NCBI GenBank assembly: GCA_008369845.1 | Contig: MRSU01002291.1 | Coordinates: forward strand, 1 to 64,000 | Reading direction: 5' to 3' | Length of the DNA: 64,000 nucleotides | Origin: Trichomonas gallinae | Taxonomy: Eukaryota | Shown here: one piece after another, positions 32,793-42,039 of the stretch | How positions within the stretch are numbered: the first letter of the stretch is position 1 | How the letters are laid out: each line of letters starts with the position of its first letter | Program-made: the position numbers and the translations under genes | The notes under the pieces: model-generated | The model's database searches: none | What the model was told of the DNA's origin: nothing | The model's input: only the letters and a program-made list of their open reading frames with translations

Positions 32793-33560
32793 TTGGTAAA
32801 TATTTTGGAAAAAGATACTTTTGCTGGGTGTTATATATTAAGAAGCCAAAATCCGAAATATAGGACTCATTGTTATATTGGATTCACAGTAAATCCACCT
32901 AGAAGACTTAAACAACACAATGGTGCAAGAGTTGGTGGAGCATTTAAAACTCATACAATGAGACCTTGGGAAATGACACTGGTTGTATGGGGATTTCCGA
33001 CTAAAAAGCTTGCATTAAAGTTTGAATGGACTTGGCAACATCCAACTGAAGCAAAATCATTAAAACATATTAATTTCGAAGAATTTTTCAAAAAAGAAGG
33101 AGGACCGCGTAAGTATAACACAAATTTAATGATCCTAAAAGAAATGCTGATGTCTCAGCAGTGGAACAGATTATCATTAAGAATTTGTGTGCAGTGCAAA
33201 GACGTTTATGAGATGTTATTAAAAGATCCAAAGCTTCCTGACTATATTAAAGTAGAATTAGGTAGTATAAATGATTTACCAATTGATTCTCATACTTATT
33301 CAGCGCCTGGAGAATGGGGAAGTACTCCATGTCCACTATGTAATGAAAATGAGCCACCACATAACTTGAATTGGGTAGTTTGTCCGTTTTGTGGTACATT
33401 GATGCATCTTCGATGCATGGCTCATCAATTAATATCACAGTCACCATCAGCAGGCACTGCTTTAATACCCACAAGAGGAGTTTGTCCTTCATGCAAGGAA
33501 TCATTAATTTGGAGAGATCTTGTAGAATTAAGAAATCAAATCCAAGAAGATGACGAGTAA
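32793..33560 (+). CDS. SLX1: Structure-specific endonuclease Slx1 (GIY-YIG plus RING/PHD finger); start codon unresolved
   Basis: GCYILRS...YIGFTVNPPRRLKQHNG, RPWEM...GFP...ALKFEWTWQHP, C-terminal CPLC...CPFC...HLRC...CPSC. Confidence 0.9.
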   Translation: MVNILEKDTFAGCYILRSQNPKYRTHCYIGFTVNPPRRLKQHNGARVGGAFKTHTMRPWEMTLVVWGFPTKKLALKFEWTWQHPTEAKSLKHINFEEFFKKEGGPRKYNTNLMILKEMLMSQQWNRLSLRICVQCKDVYEMLLKDPKLPDYIKVELGSINDLPIDSHTYSAPGEWGSTPCPLCNENEPPHNLNWVVCPFCGTLMHLRCMAHQLISQSPSAGTALIPTRGVCPSCKESLIWRDLVELRNQIQEDDE

Positions 33561-33743
33561 AATTTTTGTTTGTTATTGTTTTAATATGGTCATATTATTG
33601 CAAAATATTCGATTTTTGCAAAAACATGAAATATTCGATTGAACTCATGGATTTGAAATAGCTAGGTGATATATATCATGATAATAGAAACAATTGAGTG
33701 TTTACCGTAATATGATATAAGTCAAAAAATTTGACATATTTAA

Positions 33744-33814
33744 TTTACATAACAGAATTTTATATTTACATAACAAAATTTATGGTTTACATAGCAGAAT
33801 TTTTTTACACGTCA
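33744..33814 (+). repeat. 21-bp tandem repeat of a TTTACATAACA-like motif
   Basis: Units at 33744, 33765 and 33786, then TTTACACGTCA at 33804, just before ATG 33826. Confidence 0.7.
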
Positions 33815-33825
33815 AGTCGTTAATT

Positions 33826-35442
33826 ATGGAATTATCCGATGAACAGCGTAAGTTCCTTATAGATCCATCAGATTACCAAGAAATTCGAGAGTTACCTAGC
33901 AGTGGCTTCTCGAGGGTGGTTTTGATGGAAGAAAAAACTACAAAGCATCAAGTTGTTTTTAAATATGCCAAAATGTTGGTAGAATCATCAATCGTTGAAC
34001 CAAAGATACTGTACAACAAAATTTACCAGTCAGTCATACAAATGCACCCTGCTATTAATCCAACAGAAGGTTTTTGCGCACCGACTTCAGAAGGAGTTCC
34101 AATTATTGTTTCTTCTTACGCAACGAATGGATTTTTAGATGATAGGAACATAGTTAATGCTAATGCTACAAAAAAGCTCCTCATTACCATTGGCTTAGCA
34201 GCCGCAATGAAATTTTTACACAATCAACGAATTTTTGACTTGAACATTAAACCATCTAATATATTGATAGACAGAAATTATTACCCAATGATTACAGACT
34301 TCTTATACACGAGATTAAATAATAATCCACATAATCCTTGCATGAACGTTGGATCAATTCTATACCTTTCTCCTGAGCACATCACACAGGAACATGTTAT
34401 ATCGCCAAAATCAGACATTTTCTCATTCGCATCAGTAATTTACAGACTTTACTGCCATCGCGATCCATTTGCTGAATTCTCTAATCCAATTGAATGTGTG
34501 ATGAAATTTTCGTCAGGTTGGCGCCCAGAATTGCCTTCAACACTTTCACCAGTTATGCAAGATATTATTCAGCAATGCTGGAGCCAAAATCCAGATGCCA
34601 GACCAACTGCTTCGGCATTATTTGATATGCTCTGCATGAACGTTTCAAACATTAGCGAAGAAGATGTCAATAAGCAAAATATTATTTTATATCTTCGTGC
34701 AATTCTTGATTATGATAACGGTATTGCATGTCAAGCACTTGGCGATGACCGTGGAAAGTTTGATATTTCCCGTATTCTCTATTACTCACATGATTCTCCA
34801 TACATTAGAAATCTTTGCTTGTCAAGAATCAAATCTTATGCAGAAGCTGGTGACCGCGATGCTATAAACTTCATCAACCAGCTGAGTGGCGAAATCATTG
34901 TAGTTGAATCACCAGATGATATCAAGAAAGTTACAGCTAAAGTTAAAACGACACATTCGCACTCAAAAACAGCTCAGAAACCAAAGACAACGAACACAGC
35001 AATCGTAGAGGCCGCTAATAATGGCGAATTAGAAAAGATTATTGGATACATTGCTGAAAACATTGATATTAACACACAAGATGATAATGGAGATACGGCA
35101 CTACAAGTAGCTGCAAGGAAAGGAGACATTAAGCTCGTTAAGTACTTACTCAACCAAGAAGGAATTAATCCGAACACAACAAACTTGAAAGGCTATTCAG
35201 CACTTCATGAAGCTGTTAGATTTGCGAAGTCAGATGTTGTTTATGCGCTTGTTGACTTCCCTGGAATTGAATTATCTTTGAAAGACAAAATGGGCTATGG
35301 ACCGGTAGATTGGGCAACAACAGATGATATGAAGAACTATCTTATAAAGAAAGGTGCCAAATCTCGAAAGATTCCTGAAACTCAAACTTCATCTTCCTCA
35401 TCTAAGAAGCGTTCGCACAGAAAGAAGAATTCCGGCAACTGA
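33826..35442 (+). CDS. TKL-like (pseudo)kinase with C-terminal ankyrin repeats
   Basis: Kinase fold (IKPSNILID, YLSPE, SDIFSFA, IIQQCWSQNPDARP) followed by GDTALQVAA and GYSALHEAV ankyrin repeats. Confidence 0.85.
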   Translation: MELSDEQRKFLIDPSDYQEIRELPSSGFSRVVLMEEKTTKHQVVFKYAKMLVESSIVEPKILYNKIYQSVIQMHPAINPTEGFCAPTSEGVPIIVSSYATNGFLDDRNIVNANATKKLLITIGLAAAMKFLHNQRIFDLNIKPSNILIDRNYYPMITDFLYTRLNNNPHNPCMNVGSILYLSPEHITQEHVISPKSDIFSFASVIYRLYCHRDPFAEFSNPIECVMKFSSGWRPELPSTLSPVMQDIIQQCWSQNPDARPTASALFDMLCMNVSNISEEDVNKQNIILYLRAILDYDNGIACQALGDDRGKFDISRILYYSHDSPYIRNLCLSRIKSYAEAGDRDAINFINQLSGEIIVVESPDDIKKVTAKVKTTHSHSKTAQKPKTTNTAIVEAANNGELEKIIGYIAENIDINTQDDNGDTALQVAARKGDIKLVKYLLNQEGINPNTTNLKGYSALHEAVRFAKSDVVYALVDFPGIELSLKDKMGYGPVDWATTDDMKNYLIKKGAKSRKIPETQTSSSSSKKRSHRKKNSGN

Positions 35443-35954
35443 TTATATGGAATAAACGTGTTAATAATGGAAATTATCTAATATTTCTGCCATGTAGGTA
35501 ATTTACGTGTCAGAAAAGATATATACAAATTGCTTTACATTTATAAATCCAACCATAATAACTACATTCTGAAATTTTATTCGCTATTTTTTTACATATT
35601 GGGAAACTTAATACTGTGTGATATTTTCATTCGTGGAAGCAAATTACTAGATATTCAAGTCTACTTGTCTGTTATGACGTTTAACGTTAATTACATGTCA
35701 GAAAAATAAGAAATCTGACAAATGGCATTTTTCAAAAATTTGTTAAAAATTCGCCTTTATGTATGAACAGAATAGATAAATTCCGATATTTTTTTCAAAT
35801 TTTGAGATTCTTTTCAAATATTTCAATAAAATATTTTCAATGGAATTCGACGAATTTGTATTTTGAGAAGATTTTTAATCAAGTAATAATTTTATTCAAA
35901 AAAATTGAATAAAGCACGTTATCATATTTGATAAGTTTACAATATTGTCATTTT

Positions 35955-37205
35955 ATGATTGTCGAAAGCGATGATTCATTGCTATCTCGCGTTTATTCGC
36001 TGAGTAGCGCAATGAAGCCGACCGTACACATCGCCTATGAAAGGCAGAATGAAATTGTCAGCACTATACGCTCAAAATCGTGTCCAGCAATTGCAGATGA
36101 GCTTAAAGATGTTAAACCAGAAACGAAATCTAAAGCAAATACTGCCCGTGGACTAACGGAGATCCCGAAAACATGCCAGGTGTTCTACACTTTAATGAAA
36201 CCTGAATCGAAAAAGAAAAAAGACAACTGTTTCCTTTTATACTATCCAGGATATAGTGTATTAGTCAGTGAAGATGCAAAAGAAGTTGAAGTATTGCCAG
36301 ATGACGCGCAATATTATTTCGATTCGAAAAGATTTTACATTTACATCGGCGAAGAACAGCGAAAGTATAAGTTTGAGATTAAGCGTGAATTATTTGATCT
36401 CGTTTTGCACAAACACTACCAAAATACACTCGAGCCATTCTTTTTGCTTTATTTAGCAACTGGAGTCATCCCGCCTAACACAAATCTCTCTTCTGGATTT
36501 TATTCCAAAGTCATTTTCAACAAAATTTTCTTAATTTATTATTCAATGATTCCTCACAGATTTTTATCTCACGAAATTATGAATTCTTGGTGTGTAGCAT
36601 CAATTTCTAACTTCGACTATATATTTACTTATGTCCATAAGTACTTTTTCAAGCAAAGAGACAAAGTTGAAATTTCGCTTGACAACAAGTGTTTCATTTT
36701 CAAAGTAATCGAAGTTTACCTCAAAGTTGATGAAACATTCAAGAGTTTCTTGACTTTATTTGAAAAATTTGAAGGCGATCCAATCAAATGGTATCTCGAA
36801 AGATTCGCCAGAATTGAAGTCAATAGTCATACACATATGGCGCTCTTTATCGTTTACCATGAGTTTTGCACAAAGTATACTCCAGAATTTGCTCATCAAG
36901 TTCTTTGCAAGATTTTATATTATTCACGCATTCGACATACACTCGTCGCAAAACAGAACCCTCATGTTGAGGATATTGATAAGATTCACTCTTTATCTAA
37001 GGAAGTCGATCCAAATATCAAATCTCAGTTATATCGAGCAATAGATGGCTTGTGTAAGCAGCCAGTCAACTATACACCTAAGAGAACCACAATGGTTGTC
37101 TATGCAGCTTATTCAACTCTGCTTGAGAACATTATCTCAAACAACATTGATTTCCTCAGTATCATAAGGTCAATGTCTAAAGAATCTTCATCTTCTGTAC
37201 ATTAA
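35955..37205 (+). CDS. Hypothetical protein
   Basis: Long ORF; ATG 35955 directly follows Inr-like TCATTTT. Confidence 0.75.
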   Translation: MIVESDDSLLSRVYSLSSAMKPTVHIAYERQNEIVSTIRSKSCPAIADELKDVKPETKSKANTARGLTEIPKTCQVFYTLMKPESKKKKDNCFLLYYPGYSVLVSEDAKEVEVLPDDAQYYFDSKRFYIYIGEEQRKYKFEIKRELFDLVLHKHYQNTLEPFFLLYLATGVIPPNTNLSSGFYSKVIFNKIFLIYYSMIPHRFLSHEIMNSWCVASISNFDYIFTYVHKYFFKQRDKVEISLDNKCFIFKVIEVYLKVDETFKSFLTLFEKFEGDPIKWYLERFARIEVNSHTHMALFIVYHEFCTKYTPEFAHQVLCKILYYSRIRHTLVAKQNPHVEDIDKIHSLSKEVDPNIKSQLYRAIDGLCKQPVNYTPKRTTMVVYAAYSTLLENIISNNIDFLSIIRSMSKESSSSVH

Positions 37206-37902
37206 TTCACCCTGTTTGATTTTTATATTATTCATGAAAATTAAAATTATGTTTTTAAAATGTTCATTTTCTTGCTTAACATTATTGTAAATCACATAAT
37301 CGTTTACAACATCAAGAAGATGTATTGATATTCAAGTCAAAAATTGAAGCAATAATCAAAGCTTTATAATTGATGAAAATGCATGCGTTTCCGGGCATTA
37401 TCAGGAGGCGTTTGACAACTTCTAGAGAATCTAATATTGAAACAAAAAAATCAACAATTGTTGCACCTTGAAAAAGAAGAAGGATCAACAGAATGAAGAC
37501 TGTCTGGGATGATAATCTTAGAAAGACTGTAGCATCTAAAAAAAAAGCAAATCATTTGCTACATGATTCTATTCGCTGAACAGAATGAAGTATGATACGT
37601 TCAATATTTGTTGAAAAGGAGAACGTGCTCCTGCTTTAATTTTTGGTTTCATACATTATTGCATTGTTTTCGTAAAATGGTGTATTATTCTTAGCTAAAC
37701 ATTTATTTGAATGAAAATCTGAGTTTGTAGATATATTGTTACAGTTTTCCAATGCTAATTGATGAATATGATAACCTCTTGAAGATTTATGCAGTCACGA
37801 AAAATAATAATTCTTTTGACATAATATTTTCTGCCATTGTATTTGTAAATTTACGTGTCAGATTTTAGTTCACTTTTATCGTCAGAAAACCAAAGTTTTT
37901 TC

Positions 37903-38049
37903 ATGGCTCTTGATCCAGTAAACTTAGTTGCCATCATTCTGTTCATTGGATTGCTGATGATGCTTGCCCTTGGTGTTATTGGGTTCTTCTCATCTAAGGA
38001 TAAAAAACTTATCGAAACAGGAAAGAATGAAGATTTCGTTAACGTTTAA
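37903..38049 (+). CDS. 48-aa single-pass membrane microprotein
   Basis: MALDPVNLVAIILFIGLLMMLALGVIGFFSSKDKK...: one hydrophobic helix followed by basic residues. Inr-like TCACTTT at 37870 and TTTACGTGTCA at 37850. Confidence 0.6.
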   Translation: MALDPVNLVAIILFIGLLMMLALGVIGFFSSKDKKLIETGKNEDFVNV

Positions 38050-38719
38050 TCACGAAATTGTTTCCAATTCGTATATATACCCTGCATGCATATATTGTTT
38101 GATATTATGCAAAATAAAATGTTTGTTTATTTTCGATATTTTAAAAATTTCGAATCCATTGAATAAACCAGTAAAGAAAATTACAATCATGTTGATTAGA
38201 AGCAGCAGATACTAATTACATGTCGGATATCAAGGTCAAATAAATATTTCATTTGGGCAAGAAAAGGATGAGCATGATTTATAGCGATGTTTCGCATCAT
38301 TTATTTAAGCTGTTACTAAGAAAACAAAAACTTTCAATTAAAATACTGTTGGAGTCAAAAATGCATTTTCCAGGCCAATGACTAATCCCAAAGGTATCTA
38401 TTTCGGGAAATAGAATTGAGGAATAGCTGAAAACGACTCTGTAAGTCGAAATAATAATTTTGATCAAAAAAGTTTGACTAATAAGTTTCTGGTCACCGTA
38501 ATCAATGCCAGTTTCATCTCATTTGTTTGTTGATGTGCTGTGACATTCTCCATTGCCACAAAAATCTTTGAAAAAATCAGAATTTGGCCGCATTCGTCAA
38601 AAATGCGTGAAATTTAAAATATAGACTTGTTTAAGCAAGTTAATGCCATTTTCATTAAATTTTTTGAAATTTAAACTTTTTTATGTTTTATCGTTTATAG
38701 CTCAAACAAAATAAATTAA

Positions 38720-40105
38720 ATGTCTAACGAGCGTATCTCTGTTGAAAGTGTTAAGAAGCTGGTTGATCTAGAGGACCACCCGGAGGTTAAGGGCTTATAC
38801 AGAGCAAAGACGGCCGAGTTGACGAACAATCAATTATTTGAACAGTGGAAAGCTGCTTTAGACAAAGAAGAAGTCTTTCCAAAATTCGACGATGGCTATG
38901 ATGAAGATCTTTATCACGACGAGGACGACGAAAAGGCTTTAAATGAATTGGAAGATTTCTACAGAGAAGAAGAAATTCTCGATAGAGAAGACCGCCGCGA
39001 TAAGCTTAAGAAAATGTACGATGAATGTCTAGAAGAACATAAACAAAAATTTAAACATTTATATGTAGTAGTATCAAAGGCAAAACCATCTCCGGCCAAG
39101 CCAAAGTCAACACCAAAATCAGCCCCAAAGCAAATGCAATTCAATGATGATTCAAGCTCTTCACTCGATGACGATTCTGATGATCTTCAAGTCAGTGATG
39201 ACGATACAGAATCAGATGCTGGAAACTTCGTCGCTTCAGATTCATCATCAGTTGTTGAGTCAGAGGAAGAGAAGAAGCCAGCAAAGAAAGAGCAACCAGC
39301 TCCAGCAAGACAAACAAATGGAAAAACTATTTCTTACAATGACTTACTTAACGCAACAATATCTGGCTCAAGACTTCGCCTCATTCTTGGCGACTTCAAG
39401 AACAAACTCAAGAAGGACGTTATTATTTTTATTCATTATCGCAAAGATGATCACACATCTATCGGTTATCTCAAACATACAGACAAGAGCAATGACTATA
39501 CAGTCTTTTGCTACGATGTTATCATGGATTCATATGAATCAACTGAACCACAATATGTTCTTGATGAAAAGATCCCACATTCATTATATGACAAGATTCA
39601 TCATGATTTATCAGGCATGGCAGACAAAATTAAGCGCGGTATTAAATTCTTAAAGAATAATATCGAGACAAAAGCAAAAACAACGCACACAGAAACATTT
39701 AGCGACTTAGAAAGAATGTACAACTTTGCCATGAACGGTAATTTGCAGAACTTATCAATATTTAAACAACAATTAATCGATGAAATCAAGAAATTCGGCG
39801 ATGAGGATGATTTGAACGAAGATAGCGATACAGAGTCATCATCAAGAGTTTCAACAATGAAAAAGTGGATTGAAGACTTAGATGCTAAAATTAAAGAAAA
39901 TAAGAGATCTTCGCAAAATATTGAAGATATCCCTGTTGCTATAGTTAATGAACCACAATCTGCTTTCCAGCAGCTCGTTCATGCTCCAAGAAGGACACCA
40001 CAAAAACAAAAAGAGCAATCAAACGAGCAAGAAGAGCAAAACTACAAGAATGGCCTTTTGGACTTGTTTGGATCCGGTGCTGATGACAGCTCAGGCACAG
40101 AATAA
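38720..40105 (+). CDS. Probable divergent Rtf1 (Paf1 complex) homolog
   Basis: FDDGYDEDLYHDEDDEKALNELEDFYREEEILDREDRRDKL resembles the Rtf1 histone-modification domain; then an acidic linker and ISYNDLLNATISGSRL where a Plus3 domain would begin. Confidence 0.5.
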   Translation: MSNERISVESVKKLVDLEDHPEVKGLYRAKTAELTNNQLFEQWKAALDKEEVFPKFDDGYDEDLYHDEDDEKALNELEDFYREEEILDREDRRDKLKKMYDECLEEHKQKFKHLYVVVSKAKPSPAKPKSTPKSAPKQMQFNDDSSSSLDDDSDDLQVSDDDTESDAGNFVASDSSSVVESEEEKKPAKKEQPAPARQTNGKTISYNDLLNATISGSRLRLILGDFKNKLKKDVIIFIHYRKDDHTSIGYLKHTDKSNDYTVFCYDVIMDSYESTEPQYVLDEKIPHSLYDKIHHDLSGMADKIKRGIKFLKNNIETKAKTTHTETFSDLERMYNFAMNGNLQNLSIFKQQLIDEIKKFGDEDDLNEDSDTESSSRVSTMKKWIEDLDAKIKENKRSSQNIEDIPVAIVNEPQSAFQQLVHAPRRTPQKQKEQSNEQEEQNYKNGLLDLFGSGADDSSGTE

Positions 40106-40795
40106 ATCTTATAATAAAAACTTATATTCTTATCAAGAAAAGTTTCCAGATTTACCCATCAGTTTAGAGCTCCTTATTAGAAGTTTCCCATTAACCTATT
40201 TCAATGAAGTATAAAAAATTATTTTTGTAATAGATGATTTTATGACAAATTCCAGAATAAAAATGATGCTTTTTCGTTAGCAACCCTAAATAGTTACTTT
40301 TTTCCACTCTTTTTTTGAACGTGGAATAAAGAAATTTTAATATCGATTTTCAAAAATTATGTTTTTTTTGTGATTTTATAATTATTATGTAAAATCTAAA
40401 ATTTCAAAAATCAATTATAATACCATTTGATTCGTATGCATACGTTTTATCCAATTTTTAAGAAAGATGTAGAATAAATTCTCCAAATCATTCATGTTTT
40501 GGAATAAAAATACTCAATTTAATATATTATACATGAGAGCAACAAATTTTTATTAGACAAAGTCAATATATCTATATATTTCATAAGCAAGAAATAGTAA
40601 CATAACGTATTCGTTAAAAGAATAATTGGTTTCTTCATAACCTTTAATGATGCATATTTCATTATGGTTTTGTAATATGTAAAACAAAGTTCATATTTTT
40701 AGCAATTTGAATTTGAATTATCTAATTTTTTTGTATCAATACCAATATTGCATTACTGAGCTATATTGTAAACAATCATTGAATTTCTATGTTTC

Positions 40796-41401
40796 CTAAT
40801 TTCCAAATATTTCATCCATAACATTGCCATATTCTGCTTCTAACTCTGCTGTATCATCAGATAACTCAATAGCCCTTGATGCTGCACGATGGAGTTTTTC
40901 TGCTTTTGTTTCTTCAATTTTATAATATGCAGGTCTTTCATTATTGACAAATTTCGGTGGTATTCGAGGGTTTGGAGTCACTATAGCATAGGACTTTGCA
41001 GTAATAACAAAAGCATTTTGATTGTTTAGATATTGGAAAATTGATTTTGTCAATTGGTTCAAAGATGATTTATTAATAATAATAGAATATTCTTGTGCTG
41101 TAACAAGTATTGGCTCAAGAACTTGAAGATTCTGAGTTCGATAAGTTAAATATAAACCAAAAAATCCCGAAAGAATATATTCTTCTTGTTTTTTATATAC
41201 TGCAAGGCCAACAAATGCAGAAAAAGCAGATTGGCATCGTCCAAATACCAAAGGTCTTGGTGAATCGAATGAATGAATTTTCGAACCATTGTTATTCTTC
41301 CAAATAGTAAGGAAATCATCAAATGTTGTTCCTCCAGAATCCAAAAATTCTTTCACAATTTGTTGTGCAAAATAATTTTGTGTAAAAGATGCACTTTCCA
41401 T
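40796..41401 (-). CDS. Probable SNAPC1/SNAP43-like subunit of the snRNA-activating complex
   Basis: EFLDSGGTTFDDFLTIWK, GFFGLYLTYRTQ and IFQYLNNQNAFV parallel the SNAP43 N-terminal domain. ATG 41401 follows Inr-like TCATTTT. Confidence 0.55.
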   Translation of the reverse strand: MESASFTQNYFAQQIVKEFLDSGGTTFDDFLTIWKNNNGSKIHSFDSPRPLVFGRCQSAFSAFVGLAVYKKQEEYILSGFFGLYLTYRTQNLQVLEPILVTAQEYSIIINKSSLNQLTKSIFQYLNNQNAFVITAKSYAIVTPNPRIPPKFVNNERPAYYKIEETKAEKLHRAASRAIELSDDTAELEAEYGNVMDEIFGN

Positions 41402-42039
41402 GAATAAAAAATGATTTTTATGCAAAGATATTTATCGACTCAAGATATTAAAACACATATTAAATACATATTTTAATTATGGAAATATATAGAATAAGAC
41501 TTGAATAACTGGATATATTGAGAAGTATTAAGATTTATCACTATGATTTCTCTCATAGAAACAAAATAAATCATAGGAGTCTTAGAATTTTAACCTTAAT
41601 ATTTTACATAACAAATGTTATTTTACATGTCATATATTATTTTCATTTCGAAAAAATGCTATTAACATTTGAAAATATTGCTCACATTTAATGTTGCCAA
41701 AAATTAACAATTTTTCACTATCATAAATTCGAATATGCAAATACAACACCAAAAATTGTTTATTTAGAAGTACGATCAGATGATTTTTCTTGATAACTTC
41801 GGATATAACATATTGATTACATGTAGATATCAATATCTATAGTCAAACCCGAAATGTATTGTTAGAAAAAAAGTTGGAAATTCATAAATTTGAACTATAA
41901 ATTATCCTATGTATATATATTTCTCCACAGTCAAATAAGCTGTTTTAAACCATAAACGTCTGCGAATCTCAACATTTTACACTAATCAATCGAAAAACAT
42001 GTAAAATATTTTGGCACTTTTCATACGTTTTTCTTATAA

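Noticed and set aside
37300..38600. Coding-like intergenic stretches flanking the microprotein gene
   Set aside because: All frames I read contain stops and no recognisable motif.
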